A stretch of 64,000 nt of DNA from an uncultured virus (IMG/VR IMGVR_UViG_3300029305_005420) (lineage: Duplodnaviria; Heunggongvirae; Uroviricota; Caudoviricetes): the IMG/VR virus record IMGVR_UViG_3300029305_005420; one strand, given 5' to 3'. The notes under the pieces were generated by a model, which saw nothing but the letters and a program-made list of their open reading frames with translations, did not search any database and had not been told where the DNA came from. Both the position numbers and the translations under genes were made by a program. Of the stretch, positions 1 to 9,328 are shown one piece after another (the stretch's first letter is position 1; the number at the start of each line of letters is the position of its first letter).

Positions 1-171
1 TTTAATTATAAAATTGCTATGTCCCTTGCGAACAAGCTGTTTCACGAAGGAACTATAAGCAAGTCGGAATATGCACGAATTGATACAATTATGACCAAAA
101 AATACGGATTATCTTCGTGTAGTATATTCCGAGAAAACAAGCCATATTTACTTGATAATACTACCCTTTAG
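1..171 (+). CDS. 3' part of small SHOCT-like protein preceding the recombinases (truncated by window edge)
   Basis: Frame-1 translation FNYKIAMSLANKLFHEGTISKSEYARIDTIMTKKYGLSSCSIFRENKPYLLDNTTL* aligns with the full copy at 55170-55364. Confidence 0.75.
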   Translation, partial: FNYKIAMSLANKLFHEGTISKSEYARIDTIMTKKYGLSSCSIFRENKPYLLDNTTL

Positions 172-180
172 AGTTAATAT
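152..180 (+). promoter_or_regulatory. Conserved promoter motif TTGATA-N17-TAATAT (with TTTAGAGT) upstream of recombinase A
   Basis: Same motif found 9 times in the window, followed here by RBS AGGAGG. Confidence 0.7.
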
Positions 181-204
181 GTCACACTAATAGGAGGTGA
201 TTAT

Positions 205-1497
205 ATGCAGAGAATTATTACAAGAGTAAACCTCGTACCCAAGCAGCCTAAAGCTAAAAGAATGGCAGCGTATGCACGAGTGTCGACAGGAAAAGATGCT
301 ATGAGACATTCGCTGTCAGCACAGGTTAGTTATTACAGCAACTTAATACAAAGCCACAATGGTTGGCTCTACTGCGGTGTTTATGCCGATGAAGCTCTCA
401 CAGGCACTAAAGACGGCAGAGAGCAGTTTCAAAGAATGCTTAAAGACTGCAGAGAAGGAAAGCTCGATGGTATTATTACGAAATCCATTTCACGATTTGC
501 TCGTAATACCGTCACCTTGCTTGAAACTATCAGAGAGTTAAAGCTCCTCGGAATTGATGTTTTCTTTGAAGAGCAGAATATCCACACGATGAGCTCTGAA
601 GGTGAGTTTTTACTGACAATCCTTGCTTCATATGCACAGGCTGAAAGTTTATCAGCAAGTGAGAACCTTAAATGGCGTATACGAAAGAGCTTTGAAGAAG
701 GAGAGATTTTCTGCATAAGTGACATGTATGGTTACGATAAAAAGGATAAGAAAATGGTTATCAATCCTTCCGAAGCAACTATCGTCAAAGAGATTTTTGA
801 CAGAGCCATTGACGGTGAAAGCCTCAACTCAATAGCTAAAGACTTAACAGCTCGTGGCTACACAACAAAGCGAGGTCGAGAATGGAACGCTTACCGCCTT
901 GCTTGTATGCTTCGAAATGAAAAGTATACCGGCGATTCTTTGCTTCAAAAAACCTACATAAATAACCACTTGCAGAAAAAGAAACTGAAAAACACAGGTC
1001 AGCTCGCACAATATTATGCAGAGAACACTCACGAGGCAATCATCGACTCTATGACCTTTGAAAAAGCACAGTTAGTGATGGCAGAAAAAGCCAAAGCCTG
1101 TGAGAGCTACTCACACCACACAACTACGATGTTTACAAGCTACATCAGGTGTGGTAAGTGTGGGAAAAACTATCGCAGAGGCAAACAAAACAATAAACAC
1201 TTTTGGAATTGTACGACCTTTCTTTCCAAAGGAAAAGCCTACTGCCAAGAGCCTCGCATACCGGAAGATATCCTTTACAGATTAACCGCCGAGGTTATCG
1301 GTATACCGGACTTTTGTGAAGACGATTTGTGCAACAGCGTTATTGATATCGTTGCCTACGACCGCACCCTTACCTTCACGCTTCAAAACGGAGTGCGTGT
1401 TACCAAGGAATGGAAACACAATTCTCGAAGTAAAAGTTGGACACCCGAAATGAAAGAAAAGGCCCGACAAGCAGCCTTAAAACAAAGGAGTAAATAA
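205..1497 (+). CDS. Large serine recombinase A (resolvase + recombinase + zinc ribbon), copy 1
   Basis: AYARVST catalytic motif, KSISRFARN, LRNEKYTG, CGKCG..C zinc ribbon. Confidence 0.95.
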   Translation: MQRIITRVNLVPKQPKAKRMAAYARVSTGKDAMRHSLSAQVSYYSNLIQSHNGWLYCGVYADEALTGTKDGREQFQRMLKDCREGKLDGIITKSISRFARNTVTLLETIRELKLLGIDVFFEEQNIHTMSSEGEFLLTILASYAQAESLSASENLKWRIRKSFEEGEIFCISDMYGYDKKDKKMVINPSEATIVKEIFDRAIDGESLNSIAKDLTARGYTTKRGREWNAYRLACMLRNEKYTGDSLLQKTYINNHLQKKKLKNTGQLAQYYAENTHEAIIDSMTFEKAQLVMAEKAKACESYSHHTTTMFTSYIRCGKCGKNYRRGKQNNKHFWNCTTFLSKGKAYCQEPRIPEDILYRLTAEVIGIPDFCEDDLCNSVIDIVAYDRTLTFTLQNGVRVTKEWKHNSRSKSWTPEMKEKARQAALKQRSK

Positions 1498-3077
1498 TGG
1501 TTAGAAAAGTAACTGTAATACCACCGACAATAAATCCACAAACAATGATTCCGACTGACGCCCTAATAAAAAGGCGAGTCGCAGGATACGCTCGTGTATC
1601 AACTGACTCTGACGAACAGTTCACTTCCTATGAAGCTCAAATTGATTACTACACACAGTATATTAAAAATCGAGCCGACTGGGAGTTCGTAAAGGTTTAC
1701 ACAGACGAAGGTATCTCCGGCACAAACACTAAAAGGCGTGTCGGTTTCAACACTATGATAAAAGACGCCTTGGACGGCAAGATTGACCTTATAGTTACAA
1801 AATCCATCAGCCGATTCGCACGAAATACTGTTGATATGCTCTCCACTATTAGAAAGCTAAAAGAACATGGTGTTGAAGTGTTCTTCGAAAAAGAAAACAT
1901 ATACACTTTTGACAGTAGTGGCGAGGTAATGCTAACAATATTATCCTCGATAGCACAGGAAGAGAGTCGCTCCATTTCCGAGAATGTCACTTGGGGACAT
2001 CGCAAACGATTTGCTGATGGAAAAATATTACTCCCTTATAAGAGTTTTCTCGGATACAAGAAAGGTGCTGACGGCTTGCCAGAGATTGTCCCCGAAGAGG
2101 CAGAAATCGTAAAGCGTATATATAAAATGTTCCTTGACGGCATGACACAGGGAGTAATTGCAAAAACGCTCCAAGAAGAAGGGGTGCCGACTCCGGGCGG
2201 TAAAACACAATGGCGTTTCAATACCATCGACAGCATTTTATCCAATGAAAAATATAAAGGCGATGCTTTATTACAAAAAAAGTTTACAGTCGACTTTTTA
2301 ACAAAGAAACAAAAGGTCAATGAGGGTGAAGTTCCACAGTATTATGTTCAGAACAGCCACCCTGCAATTATTGCTCCCGAAGAGTGGGATTTGGTTCAAC
2401 GAGAGCTTGCAAGACGAAAGAAGCTCGGCGGAAAATATCGCTGTACCGATAGTCTTTGTTGCCGAATTGTCTGCGGAGACTGCGGTGAGTTTTATGGCTC
2501 TAAAACTTGGCACTCCACAAGCAAGTACAAAAGAGTAATATGGCAATGTAACAGCAAGTTCAAAAACGACTGCAAAACACCTACATATTATGCTGATGAT
2601 ATCAAGGACGGTTTCGTTACCGCCATAAATGAAATACTCAAGAACCGAGATGATATCCTTGATAGTTGTCGCCTGATATATGACACTTTAATAGCTCCCC
2701 GTGACATCGACAAAGAGTTAGCGGAATTAACACAAGAGCTTGAAATTGTCACAGAGCTGACACAGAAAATCATACAGGAAAACTCCTCTAAAGCTATGAA
2801 TCAGGGAGAGTTTTGCACCAAATACAATGCTCTTGTTGAACGCTATGAGAAAGCAAAAGAAAAGGCAGAAAGCTTACAGGCCTTAAAGGAAGAACGCCTC
2901 CGAAAAGCCGATGAGCTAAGTGCCTTTATGTTTAGAATCCACGAGCTTGATATTGTTACCGAATTCGATAATCGGCTGTGGCAAAGTGGTATTGATATTG
3001 TCACAGCATACCACGATGGACGACTTGTATATAAATTTGTCAGCGGTCACGAGGTAACCATTCAAAAATCGGAGTAA
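1497..3077 (+). CDS. Large serine recombinase B (with zinc ribbon and coiled coil), copy 1
   Basis: GYARVST, SISRFARN, NEKYKGD, CGDCG..WQC, C-terminal coiled coil; translationally coupled to A. Confidence 0.95.
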   Translation: MVRKVTVIPPTINPQTMIPTDALIKRRVAGYARVSTDSDEQFTSYEAQIDYYTQYIKNRADWEFVKVYTDEGISGTNTKRRVGFNTMIKDALDGKIDLIVTKSISRFARNTVDMLSTIRKLKEHGVEVFFEKENIYTFDSSGEVMLTILSSIAQEESRSISENVTWGHRKRFADGKILLPYKSFLGYKKGADGLPEIVPEEAEIVKRIYKMFLDGMTQGVIAKTLQEEGVPTPGGKTQWRFNTIDSILSNEKYKGDALLQKKFTVDFLTKKQKVNEGEVPQYYVQNSHPAIIAPEEWDLVQRELARRKKLGGKYRCTDSLCCRIVCGDCGEFYGSKTWHSTSKYKRVIWQCNSKFKNDCKTPTYYADDIKDGFVTAINEILKNRDDILDSCRLIYDTLIAPRDIDKELAELTQELEIVTELTQKIIQENSSKAMNQGEFCTKYNALVERYEKAKEKAESLQALKEERLRKADELSAFMFRIHELDIVTEFDNRLWQSGIDIVTAYHDGRLVYKFVSGHEVTIQKSE

Positions 3078-3763
3078 AACTCCTGCATATCATCTAGCCT
3101 AAGACAAGCAAGCCTACCATCTGCATAACCACTTCCACAATCAATCCCTATAGCATTGTCACCTCTCCATATTTTAGGTGGCATATCATTTTGAAAGTGT
3201 ACTGTCGGAGTATGACCAAATATAAGCACATATCCATCCGGGATATGATGACCTGGTTTCCACCGTTTCCATACGGCATACTCCACCTCGTCATCGTAAT
3301 CGTACATGTTATAGCGATTTAAGTAGTAACTTTCAACTGGTGAGCCGTGTACTAGTTTGTATTTTGTCCCGTTGACTTCCACATCAAGATTTGCCGGGAG
3401 TTCTGATAAAAAAGAGAGAACCTCTGCACGGTACACCTTGCGAGTATGCAATAAATACTCGTGGGTAACTCTGCCTCCGTTTCTGTACCAAAGTCGTAAA
3501 TTATCCTCATCGGCTTTTTCCTTTTCTTCAGCAGCATCTCGGCAATGACCGATTGCATTTAACATCATATGCTCGTGATTACCGAGCAACATATGGACAT
3601 TTTCCATCTTCATTAGCTGCCGAAGAATGCCGATGCCTTTTGAGTACCTATCAACAACATCACCAAGTATGTATAAAACATCCTCTTTTTGCAGATTTAT
3701 TTGCCTCATTATTGAGTCAAAACGCTCTCGATTTCCGTGAATGTCGGACATAACATATATCAT
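3062..3763 (-). CDS. Calcineurin-like metallophosphoesterase (PPP / lambda-phosphatase-like), copy 1
   Basis: SDIHG, GDVVDR, GNHE, VHG, FGHT, IDCG motifs. Confidence 0.9.
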   Translation of the reverse strand: MIYVMSDIHGNRERFDSIMRQINLQKEDVLYILGDVVDRYSKGIGILRQLMKMENVHMLLGNHEHMMLNAIGHCRDAAEEKEKADEDNLRLWYRNGGRVTHEYLLHTRKVYRAEVLSFLSELPANLDVEVNGTKYKLVHGSPVESYYLNRYNMYDYDDEVEYAVWKRWKPGHHIPDGYVLIFGHTPTVHFQNDMPPKIWRGDNAIGIDCGSGYADGRLACLRLDDMQEFYSDF

Positions 3764-3778
3764 AACACCCACCTATTT

Positions 3779-4639
3779 TTACACATTAAATAACATACCA
3801 TCTACCGCCGATTGCTCGTCAGTCGGCTTTTTGTTTTTTATAGGCTTGTCCACATGATATATGTCATTAATGTTCATACTGCAATATTTAATTTTCCTTG
3901 TATAAATAAGGAACATAGCCTCGGCATAACCCTTTGCTCCGGGAAGCCTGTCCTTGGCTGAACGGACTATTTCCTTGGGACTAACCGCACTCATCTTGTC
4001 ACGGAACATATCATCGCTGATTTTATCACCGTAAGCTGCGATGAGAATAGATACACCTTTCAACATACTCGCTGTGAGCGACTCCGACTCCCCTTCCCAA
4101 GCCATAACAACTAAACGCAGGGTTCTGTCCAGATTATGAAAACCGTACTTTTTGTATATGTACTCAAGAGCAGCAACAGCACCAATGCAACAGTTATCTT
4201 TTGCTTTGGTTATTTTCAAGTGATATGACTCAACTATCGCCTTGATGGAGAGTTGCATATCGTTCTCTGCTTCAATGTTGGCATTAAAAACATCAAACGA
4301 TGACAGCTTCCTTACATGCTTTTGCTGATTTGCAAAGGTATCGGCCTCTTTAATGTATCCCATATCGTCGTAAACCATACACCATACAGGTGTCTCACGA
4401 GAACCGGATACTAACGCTACAATTTCGATTGTATGCTGACCGTCAAATACATAGTTGATGCCGTCACGCCTACTTACTTTACAAGGGTTAATTTGGTATA
4501 AATCGAAATTATCTGCTGTACGCTGAATGTGGTCTTTAGACAAAGCTCTCTGATAATCTTGGTTTGATACCAAGTCACAGATTCGTATCTGCTCAAAGTG
4601 TACATTAGGCACAAATAGCCTATACTCAAAATCATCCAT
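3779..4639 (-). CDS. ParB/Srx-like protein (DUF6551-like), copy 1
   Basis: YQR and VFDGQHT motifs typical of ParB/DGQHR-like N-domains. Confidence 0.7.
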   Translation of the reverse strand: MDDFEYRLFVPNVHFEQIRICDLVSNQDYQRALSKDHIQRTADNFDLYQINPCKVSRRDGINYVFDGQHTIEIVALVSGSRETPVWCMVYDDMGYIKEADTFANQQKHVRKLSSFDVFNANIEAENDMQLSIKAIVESYHLKITKAKDNCCIGAVAALEYIYKKYGFHNLDRTLRLVVMAWEGESESLTASMLKGVSILIAAYGDKISDDMFRDKMSAVSPKEIVRSAKDRLPGAKGYAEAMFLIYTRKIKYCSMNINDIYHVDKPIKNKKPTDEQSAVDGMLFNV

Positions 4640-5552
4640 TGTTACTATCCTCCATTTCTTTCAAGAAATCACATATAACACCAATCATTGAAACAAGCTC
4701 TACTCGTAGTTTTTGCTTGGTTTCTGAATCGGATTCAACCATATTTGCGACCTTCATAACACGGTTAATTGACGACATCCAAGTCGGCACCGTGTATATT
4801 AGGCTCTTAAGCTCTGCATTGGGGTCATACTTCGGAACTTCCTTGATAGACTGAAGGCCCATTATCCTTTCACCGGAGTTGTTGCCGTTAGTACGAGGTG
4901 CGGGTTTAGCGGTGTCATTGTAGTTACCGCCACCCTTGAGTAGTTTTTCTATTGTCTGCTGACGAGGAGTTGGCGACAATTTAAGTATAGCTTGTAGGGT
5001 TTCTATGGACACCTTTATTTCCTTTTTCATTATCCTCAAGAAAAGCTCCTCCGATACATCAGCTATTGAGCTTAATGTTTCAGCGTGAACACCATACATA
5101 TAAATAGTGTGTGCTACCACTTCAAACTCTTTAGCTAACCTTTCACGGGTTTTCATTGCCGAATCATCATAACAAAACTGCCCATCGAACTCTTGTGGCT
5201 GTTGCTTTGCCAGCTCTTTCTCGACATGAAAACGAGTACCAATCAGATACTTTTTCATCATATCGTTTTCAACGGTCAGCTTGAGGTGCATTTTACAAAC
5301 CTCTGAAACCGCAATCTCAAGTGATGGATATCTCTTGGCTTTTATCCTGTACTTTATGTTGTGCTTATTACAGATATCAAAGGCATCAAAATTCATTAAA
5401 AGACACCCGTGCCACACAAAAAAATACTGATTAAATCCTCTCTGTAATATCTCTTCTTCCAACACCGCTCGCTCTGCTGAATCCAAAGGTAACTCTAACC
5501 GCCTGAATGCCGGTAATATTTTTATATCATTTGCATTCCTGTATTGGCTCAT
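4632..5552 (-). CDS. Protein with degenerate ParB-like N-terminus and probable HTH, copy 1
   Basis: IKILPAFRRLELPL..E...LEEEIL..G...VW pattern; the usual DGHNR is replaced by MNFDA; TRERLAKEFEVVAHTI is HTH-like. Confidence 0.55.
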   Translation of the reverse strand: MSQYRNANDIKILPAFRRLELPLDSAERAVLEEEILQRGFNQYFFVWHGCLLMNFDAFDICNKHNIKYRIKAKRYPSLEIAVSEVCKMHLKLTVENDMMKKYLIGTRFHVEKELAKQQPQEFDGQFCYDDSAMKTRERLAKEFEVVAHTIYMYGVHAETLSSIADVSEELFLRIMKKEIKVSIETLQAILKLSPTPRQQTIEKLLKGGGNYNDTAKPAPRTNGNNSGERIMGLQSIKEVPKYDPNAELKSLIYTVPTWMSSINRVMKVANMVESDSETKQKLRVELVSMIGVICDFLKEMEDSNNG

Positions 5553-5919
5553 CTGTTTTACTCCTTGTTAATAGTTCCGTGTAATTCAATATTTCAAAAA
5601 CGACAATGTTTTTATTGGGCATCTTAACACCCTCTAAACGATAAGTGCAGCCTAGCTTTATTTCGCTACACACTCTGTTAATTTCTCGCAGTAGCGGTGT
5701 ACTTCTAAGCTCAACATAAGCTCGTCCTGCACCGTCGGGGTATAACCTATGAGCTCCTGCCTCGTTTTTGTCTGTACCCATGATGCCAATAGTTAAATCA
5801 TCGGGGTTAATTATCAGCACCGCATACTTGGGATTATCAAGAGCTACAAGCGTAGAACCGTGGATTCTAATTCTATACCTCTTACAATCAAGCGTTAGTG
5901 CCGGCAACCTGTTATTCAT
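5527..5919 (-). CDS. Hypothetical protein, paralogue of the recombinase C C-terminal domain, copy 1
   Basis: Conserved in copy 2; shares the (I/V)NP..., YR..G..., (I/V)F(D/E) pattern with neighbours. Confidence 0.7.
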   Translation of the reverse strand: MNNRLPALTLDCKRYRIRIHGSTLVALDNPKYAVLIINPDDLTIGIMGTDKNEAGAHRLYPDGAGRAYVELRSTPLLREINRVCSEIKLGCTYRLEGVKMPNKNIVVFEILNYTELLTRSKTDEPIQECK

Positions 5920-5931
5920 AAAAAACACTCC

Positions 5932-6594
5932 TTATTCTGTTGTATTGCTGTGATTATCTCTTTTATCTTTAACCCCAAAAACGGTGTAGCCATCGAAGAT
6001 ATTAACTTGCAATAGCTTTTTGTGCTCCTCCACCGGCAGACCGAATTGATTTCTCCACTCTGCAGGGAAGGTTGGGTTTCTTGATGCTCTTACGGTGCCG
6101 TCCTTACGGCTAACATGCTGAAACACCTCTGTGGCTTTAAGGTCAAAAATAATGAGATAATCGTCATTACTTCTTATTATTTTTCCTACCATTTTATATC
6201 GATACTCCGGGTTCCAGCCCATGAGTTCCGAAATTTTTGCAAAGAAGATACGACAGGTTATATAGCGTGGCATTCTCTTACCGTTAGGCTTTGTGTTACA
6301 CCATAAAAACGAGTCCTTCGCATCTTCTGTACAAGGCCTTACAGCAAGGATTTTCGATGTGGGGTTAACAAGAAACTGTACATAATCAACCTCCGGTAAT
6401 CTCCGCAGACAAGCAGCATTCAAATTAACCTTGCAGTTGTTAAAGGTGATTCCCGGCTCTCGCATATGAGCAAAGAATTCACTTCTTACAACTTGGTATC
6501 CCTCATAAGAAAAATTCTCATCGAAAATAACCTCGACTTCCTCTTCCTTTTTCGCTTGTGGTTTTGTGTCAAAAATGTCGCTTAATTCAGGCAT
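5932..6594 (-). CDS. Hypothetical recombinase-associated protein homologous to the recombinase C C-terminal domain, copy 1
   Basis: Core nearly identical to 61057-61788; aligns to C-terminal third of 6587-8452. Confidence 0.8.
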   Translation of the reverse strand: MPELSDIFDTKPQAKKEEEVEVIFDENFSYEGYQVVRSEFFAHMREPGITFNNCKVNLNAACLRRLPEVDYVQFLVNPTSKILAVRPCTEDAKDSFLWCNTKPNGKRMPRYITCRIFFAKISELMGWNPEYRYKMVGKIIRSNDDYLIIFDLKATEVFQHVSRKDGTVRASRNPTFPAEWRNQFGLPVEEHKKLLQVNIFDGYTVFGVKDKRDNHSNTTE

Positions 6595-8452
6595 CGGTTT
6601 TTCCCTCCTGTATGGTTGTTATAATCCCTCTTATTTCAGAAGCCACTACAGCTTCATTAGGCACCTTTAAGTCCGGTATCGAAGAATAACTTGCAGTCTG
6701 CTGATTTGAACCCCATCGGTTCTCATCGATACCTTTATCCTGTCGCTCGCCGTGTACATAAAAATCATTCCCGAAGGTTTCAGACCAAGCCTCCGGCATA
6801 GCTAAAATTGAATTACCTCTGCGAGGTATAACGGGGTGTACTTCGTCCTCGCCACAATCCTCATCAATGGCTGCGTGAGGCACAAATATCTCGGATTCAG
6901 ATAAATCAAACAAGATGATTGCTTTGTTACCCTGCTCTTTCTTCACCCCTTGGAAACGATATCTAAAGTCCGGATTCCAACCGAACATTTCAAACAGAGT
7001 GCTACAAAAGCCGGTGGCTCTAATGCTTCTAGGTCGTGGGCTTCCGTCTGCTCTGTACTTTATCCATTTAAGGGCATTTTTCTCTGACGATGCACATCCC
7101 ATAATAAATAGGAGTTTCTTTTCTGGGTGTACATACATCTCTATGTAAGAGCTGTGCGGTATACGCTTCACACAAGCCGAGCTAAAGCTGACATAGTTGT
7201 TAGCAAAGTTTATCTGCATCTTATCGTTGCTCTCAAAGAACTGTGACCTTGCTATTTCAAAACCTCTTAAATCAAAATCCCCAGACTCTGCCTCAACTGT
7301 ATATTCCTCTGCTGTTTCAGGCACCTCACCCTTTTTGTAAACAGTAGCAGATGCCGAGTAGTAGTCCTCCGGCTTGAAGGCAGCCCAATGAATATTCACT
7401 CGCACAAATCCCTTAAATGGTCCTTTTTCAATAACCTTAAGCTCTGGCAATGCACCTACACCTTTCGAGCTATTGCTCAACATATGCTGCACCGCTATAA
7501 AGTCATCACGGGTAACAATCGGCTCGTGATGGTCTTTCCAACGATACTGCGTTCTTTCACCCTTGTTTTTACGAGCTTGATGTGTTTTATAGCTTGGTGT
7601 GAATGTCTTGCTTGTAAGCACATCACCGCAGTAACGCTCGTTTCGAAGTATGTTGAGAACCGAGGATGATGTCCATGTGGTATTGTCCTTTTTAGTCCTT
7701 CGTTGTAACTCCGTCAGCTTATCTGCGATTTGCTTGAGCGTGAACCCATATATATACATAAAAAATATTAGCCTAACAGTTAAAGCCTCGTCCTCGTTGA
7801 TGATCAGATTACCGTCTGCATCGTGGTCATATCCAAGCAGAACAGGAGTAAGCAAAATGCCGTGGCTGAATCGCATCTCAATAGAGGCATTCATTATGTT
7901 GCTCTTTATATGGGACTCTTCCTGTGCCATTGAAGCGGTGAAGTTGAGTGCCATCTCACTCTTTGTATCGAGAGTGAAAATGTGCTCCGTTTCAAAGAAA
8001 ACACCTACCGGATTTGGAAGGGCTGCTAACTCATCAACAATCGAAACACAGTCAACTACATTTCTCGCAAATCGAGAAACGCTCTTTGTAATAATCATGT
8101 CAATCTTACCGGCTTTGCAGTCCCTTATCATCTGGTTAAAAGCATCACGGTGATTTAACGATGTGCCGGATATACCCTCGTCTGCGAATATATCAACAAG
8201 CACCCAATTTGGGTTTCTATTAACCATGTCTTCATAGTAGTTTTTTTGTAGCTCGTATGATGAGGTCTGCTGTAGGTTATCAGTTGAGACTCGTACATAA
8301 ACAGCAACTCTTCGGTGAACATCGTCATAAAAGTCGTATGTCTTACTTGCAGGTATTACCTCCACATCGTCAACATCCAAGCCTTTATACCGCTGTATGA
8401 TTTTTGCTTTTTGTTCGTCCCTTGTTAGTGCTCTTTTTTCTGATTCGCTCAT
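6587..8452 (-). CDS. Atypical large serine recombinase C (no zinc ribbon; uncharacterised C-terminal domain), copy 1
   Basis: VYVRVST, KSVSRFARN, LRNERYCGD, HHEPIV; no CxxC after the recombinase domain. Confidence 0.9.
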   Translation of the reverse strand: MSESEKRALTRDEQKAKIIQRYKGLDVDDVEVIPASKTYDFYDDVHRRVAVYVRVSTDNLQQTSSYELQKNYYEDMVNRNPNWVLVDIFADEGISGTSLNHRDAFNQMIRDCKAGKIDMIITKSVSRFARNVVDCVSIVDELAALPNPVGVFFETEHIFTLDTKSEMALNFTASMAQEESHIKSNIMNASIEMRFSHGILLTPVLLGYDHDADGNLIINEDEALTVRLIFFMYIYGFTLKQIADKLTELQRRTKKDNTTWTSSSVLNILRNERYCGDVLTSKTFTPSYKTHQARKNKGERTQYRWKDHHEPIVTRDDFIAVQHMLSNSSKGVGALPELKVIEKGPFKGFVRVNIHWAAFKPEDYYSASATVYKKGEVPETAEEYTVEAESGDFDLRGFEIARSQFFESNDKMQINFANNYVSFSSACVKRIPHSSYIEMYVHPEKKLLFIMGCASSEKNALKWIKYRADGSPRPRSIRATGFCSTLFEMFGWNPDFRYRFQGVKKEQGNKAIILFDLSESEIFVPHAAIDEDCGEDEVHPVIPRRGNSILAMPEAWSETFGNDFYVHGERQDKGIDENRWGSNQQTASYSSIPDLKVPNEAVVASEIRGIITTIQEGKTDA

Positions 8453-8464
8453 AGTATCCTCCAG

Positions 8465-8701
8465 TCATGTATCCTTTACGAATTGTTGTTCACCGGGGGC
8501 AGGTATCACTTCAAATATATCGTTGATGGTACATCCAAGTGCGGTACAAATTCTGACAAGAACATCACTTGATACTGCGACTCCGTCTTTGCCCATTTTT
8601 GTGATAGTAGAGATTGCAACACCTGCTTTCTCGGCAAGTTCTTTCTTTTTCATTTCACGGTCAATTAGTAATTTAAATAGTTTTTTGTAGCTCGCTATCA
8701 C
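8465..8701 (-). CDS. Small XRE/Cro-like HTH regulator (HTH_26-like), present only in copy 1
   Basis: SYKKLFKLLIDREMKKKELAEKAGVAISTITKMGK...ICTAL.C...DI; GTG start. Confidence 0.85.
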   Translation of the reverse strand: MIASYKKLFKLLIDREMKKKELAEKAGVAISTITKMGKDGVAVSSDVLVRICTALGCTINDIFEVIPAPGEQQFVKDT

Positions 8702-8766
8702 ATATACCGCCCCTAATATACAATAATGCAAAATTATAATAATGTAAGCAAACAGCCAAATCCATA

Positions 8767-8855
8767 AACCACAAGTCAAGTAGTTGACCGGTGGTTATTA
8801 TTTTCAAAATTATTTTGGAAAAGGACTTTACTTACCGGCGATGTAGAGTTAATAT
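8767..8855 (+). promoter_or_regulatory. Palindromic operator (AACCAC-N2-GTCAA-N4-TTGAC-N2-GTGGTT) and promoter TTTACT-N17-TAATAT for the XRE gene
   Basis: Palindrome at 8767-8796; homologous region at 63712-63801. Confidence 0.6.
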
Positions 8856-8879
8856 CCTGACCACAAAGGAGTGACTATA

Positions 8880-9254
8880 ATGGAACCTACAATCGACTAC
8901 CGCCGACTTGGTAAAAGAATAGGCGACCTCAGACGAGACAGAAAACTATCACAATCACAGCTCGCTGAATTAGCAAACCTCACCGACTCGTACATCAGCT
9001 ACATTGAAACAGGCAGAAAGAAAGCAAGCCTTGAATCACTAGTTAAAATAGCCGGTGCTCTTGGTGTAACCCTTGACCGCATACTGCTCGGCAATCAACA
9101 AAACGACCTAAAAGATTATCTGTCGGAGTTGGAGTTACTGATGAAGGATTGCTCCCCATATGAGAAGGCAATCATCTACGATATGGTTAAGTCCATCAAA
9201 AACAGCCTTATAAAAAATAAGGGCCTGATTTTTCAATCAGACCAAGAATACTAA
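8880..9254 (+). CDS. XRE-family HTH transcriptional regulator, copy 1
   Basis: LSQSQLAELANLTDSYISYIETGRKKASLESLVKIA. Confidence 0.92.
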   Translation: MEPTIDYRRLGKRIGDLRRDRKLSQSQLAELANLTDSYISYIETGRKKASLESLVKIAGALGVTLDRILLGNQQNDLKDYLSELELLMKDCSPYEKAIIYDMVKSIKNSLIKNKGLIFQSDQEY

Positions 9255-9328
9255 ATTGGATTGTGTGCCAACTTTGAAATCCCTCCTCGCTTTCACGAGT
9301 TGGCCAAGAAAATTAAGTGCCTACTTTC

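Larger units (their letters stand above)
1..9060 (+). repeat. Copy 1 of a diverged ~9 kb direct repeat (recombination module); copy 2 at ~55194-64000
   Basis: Nine syntenic protein pairs plus the XRE N-terminus align; offset ~55.2 kb. Confidence 0.95.

Noticed and set aside
1..9060. Duplication as an assembly artefact or terminal redundancy
   Set aside because: Copies differ throughout by substitutions, indels and a whole gene, so they are not identical repeats (a strain chimera is not fully excluded)
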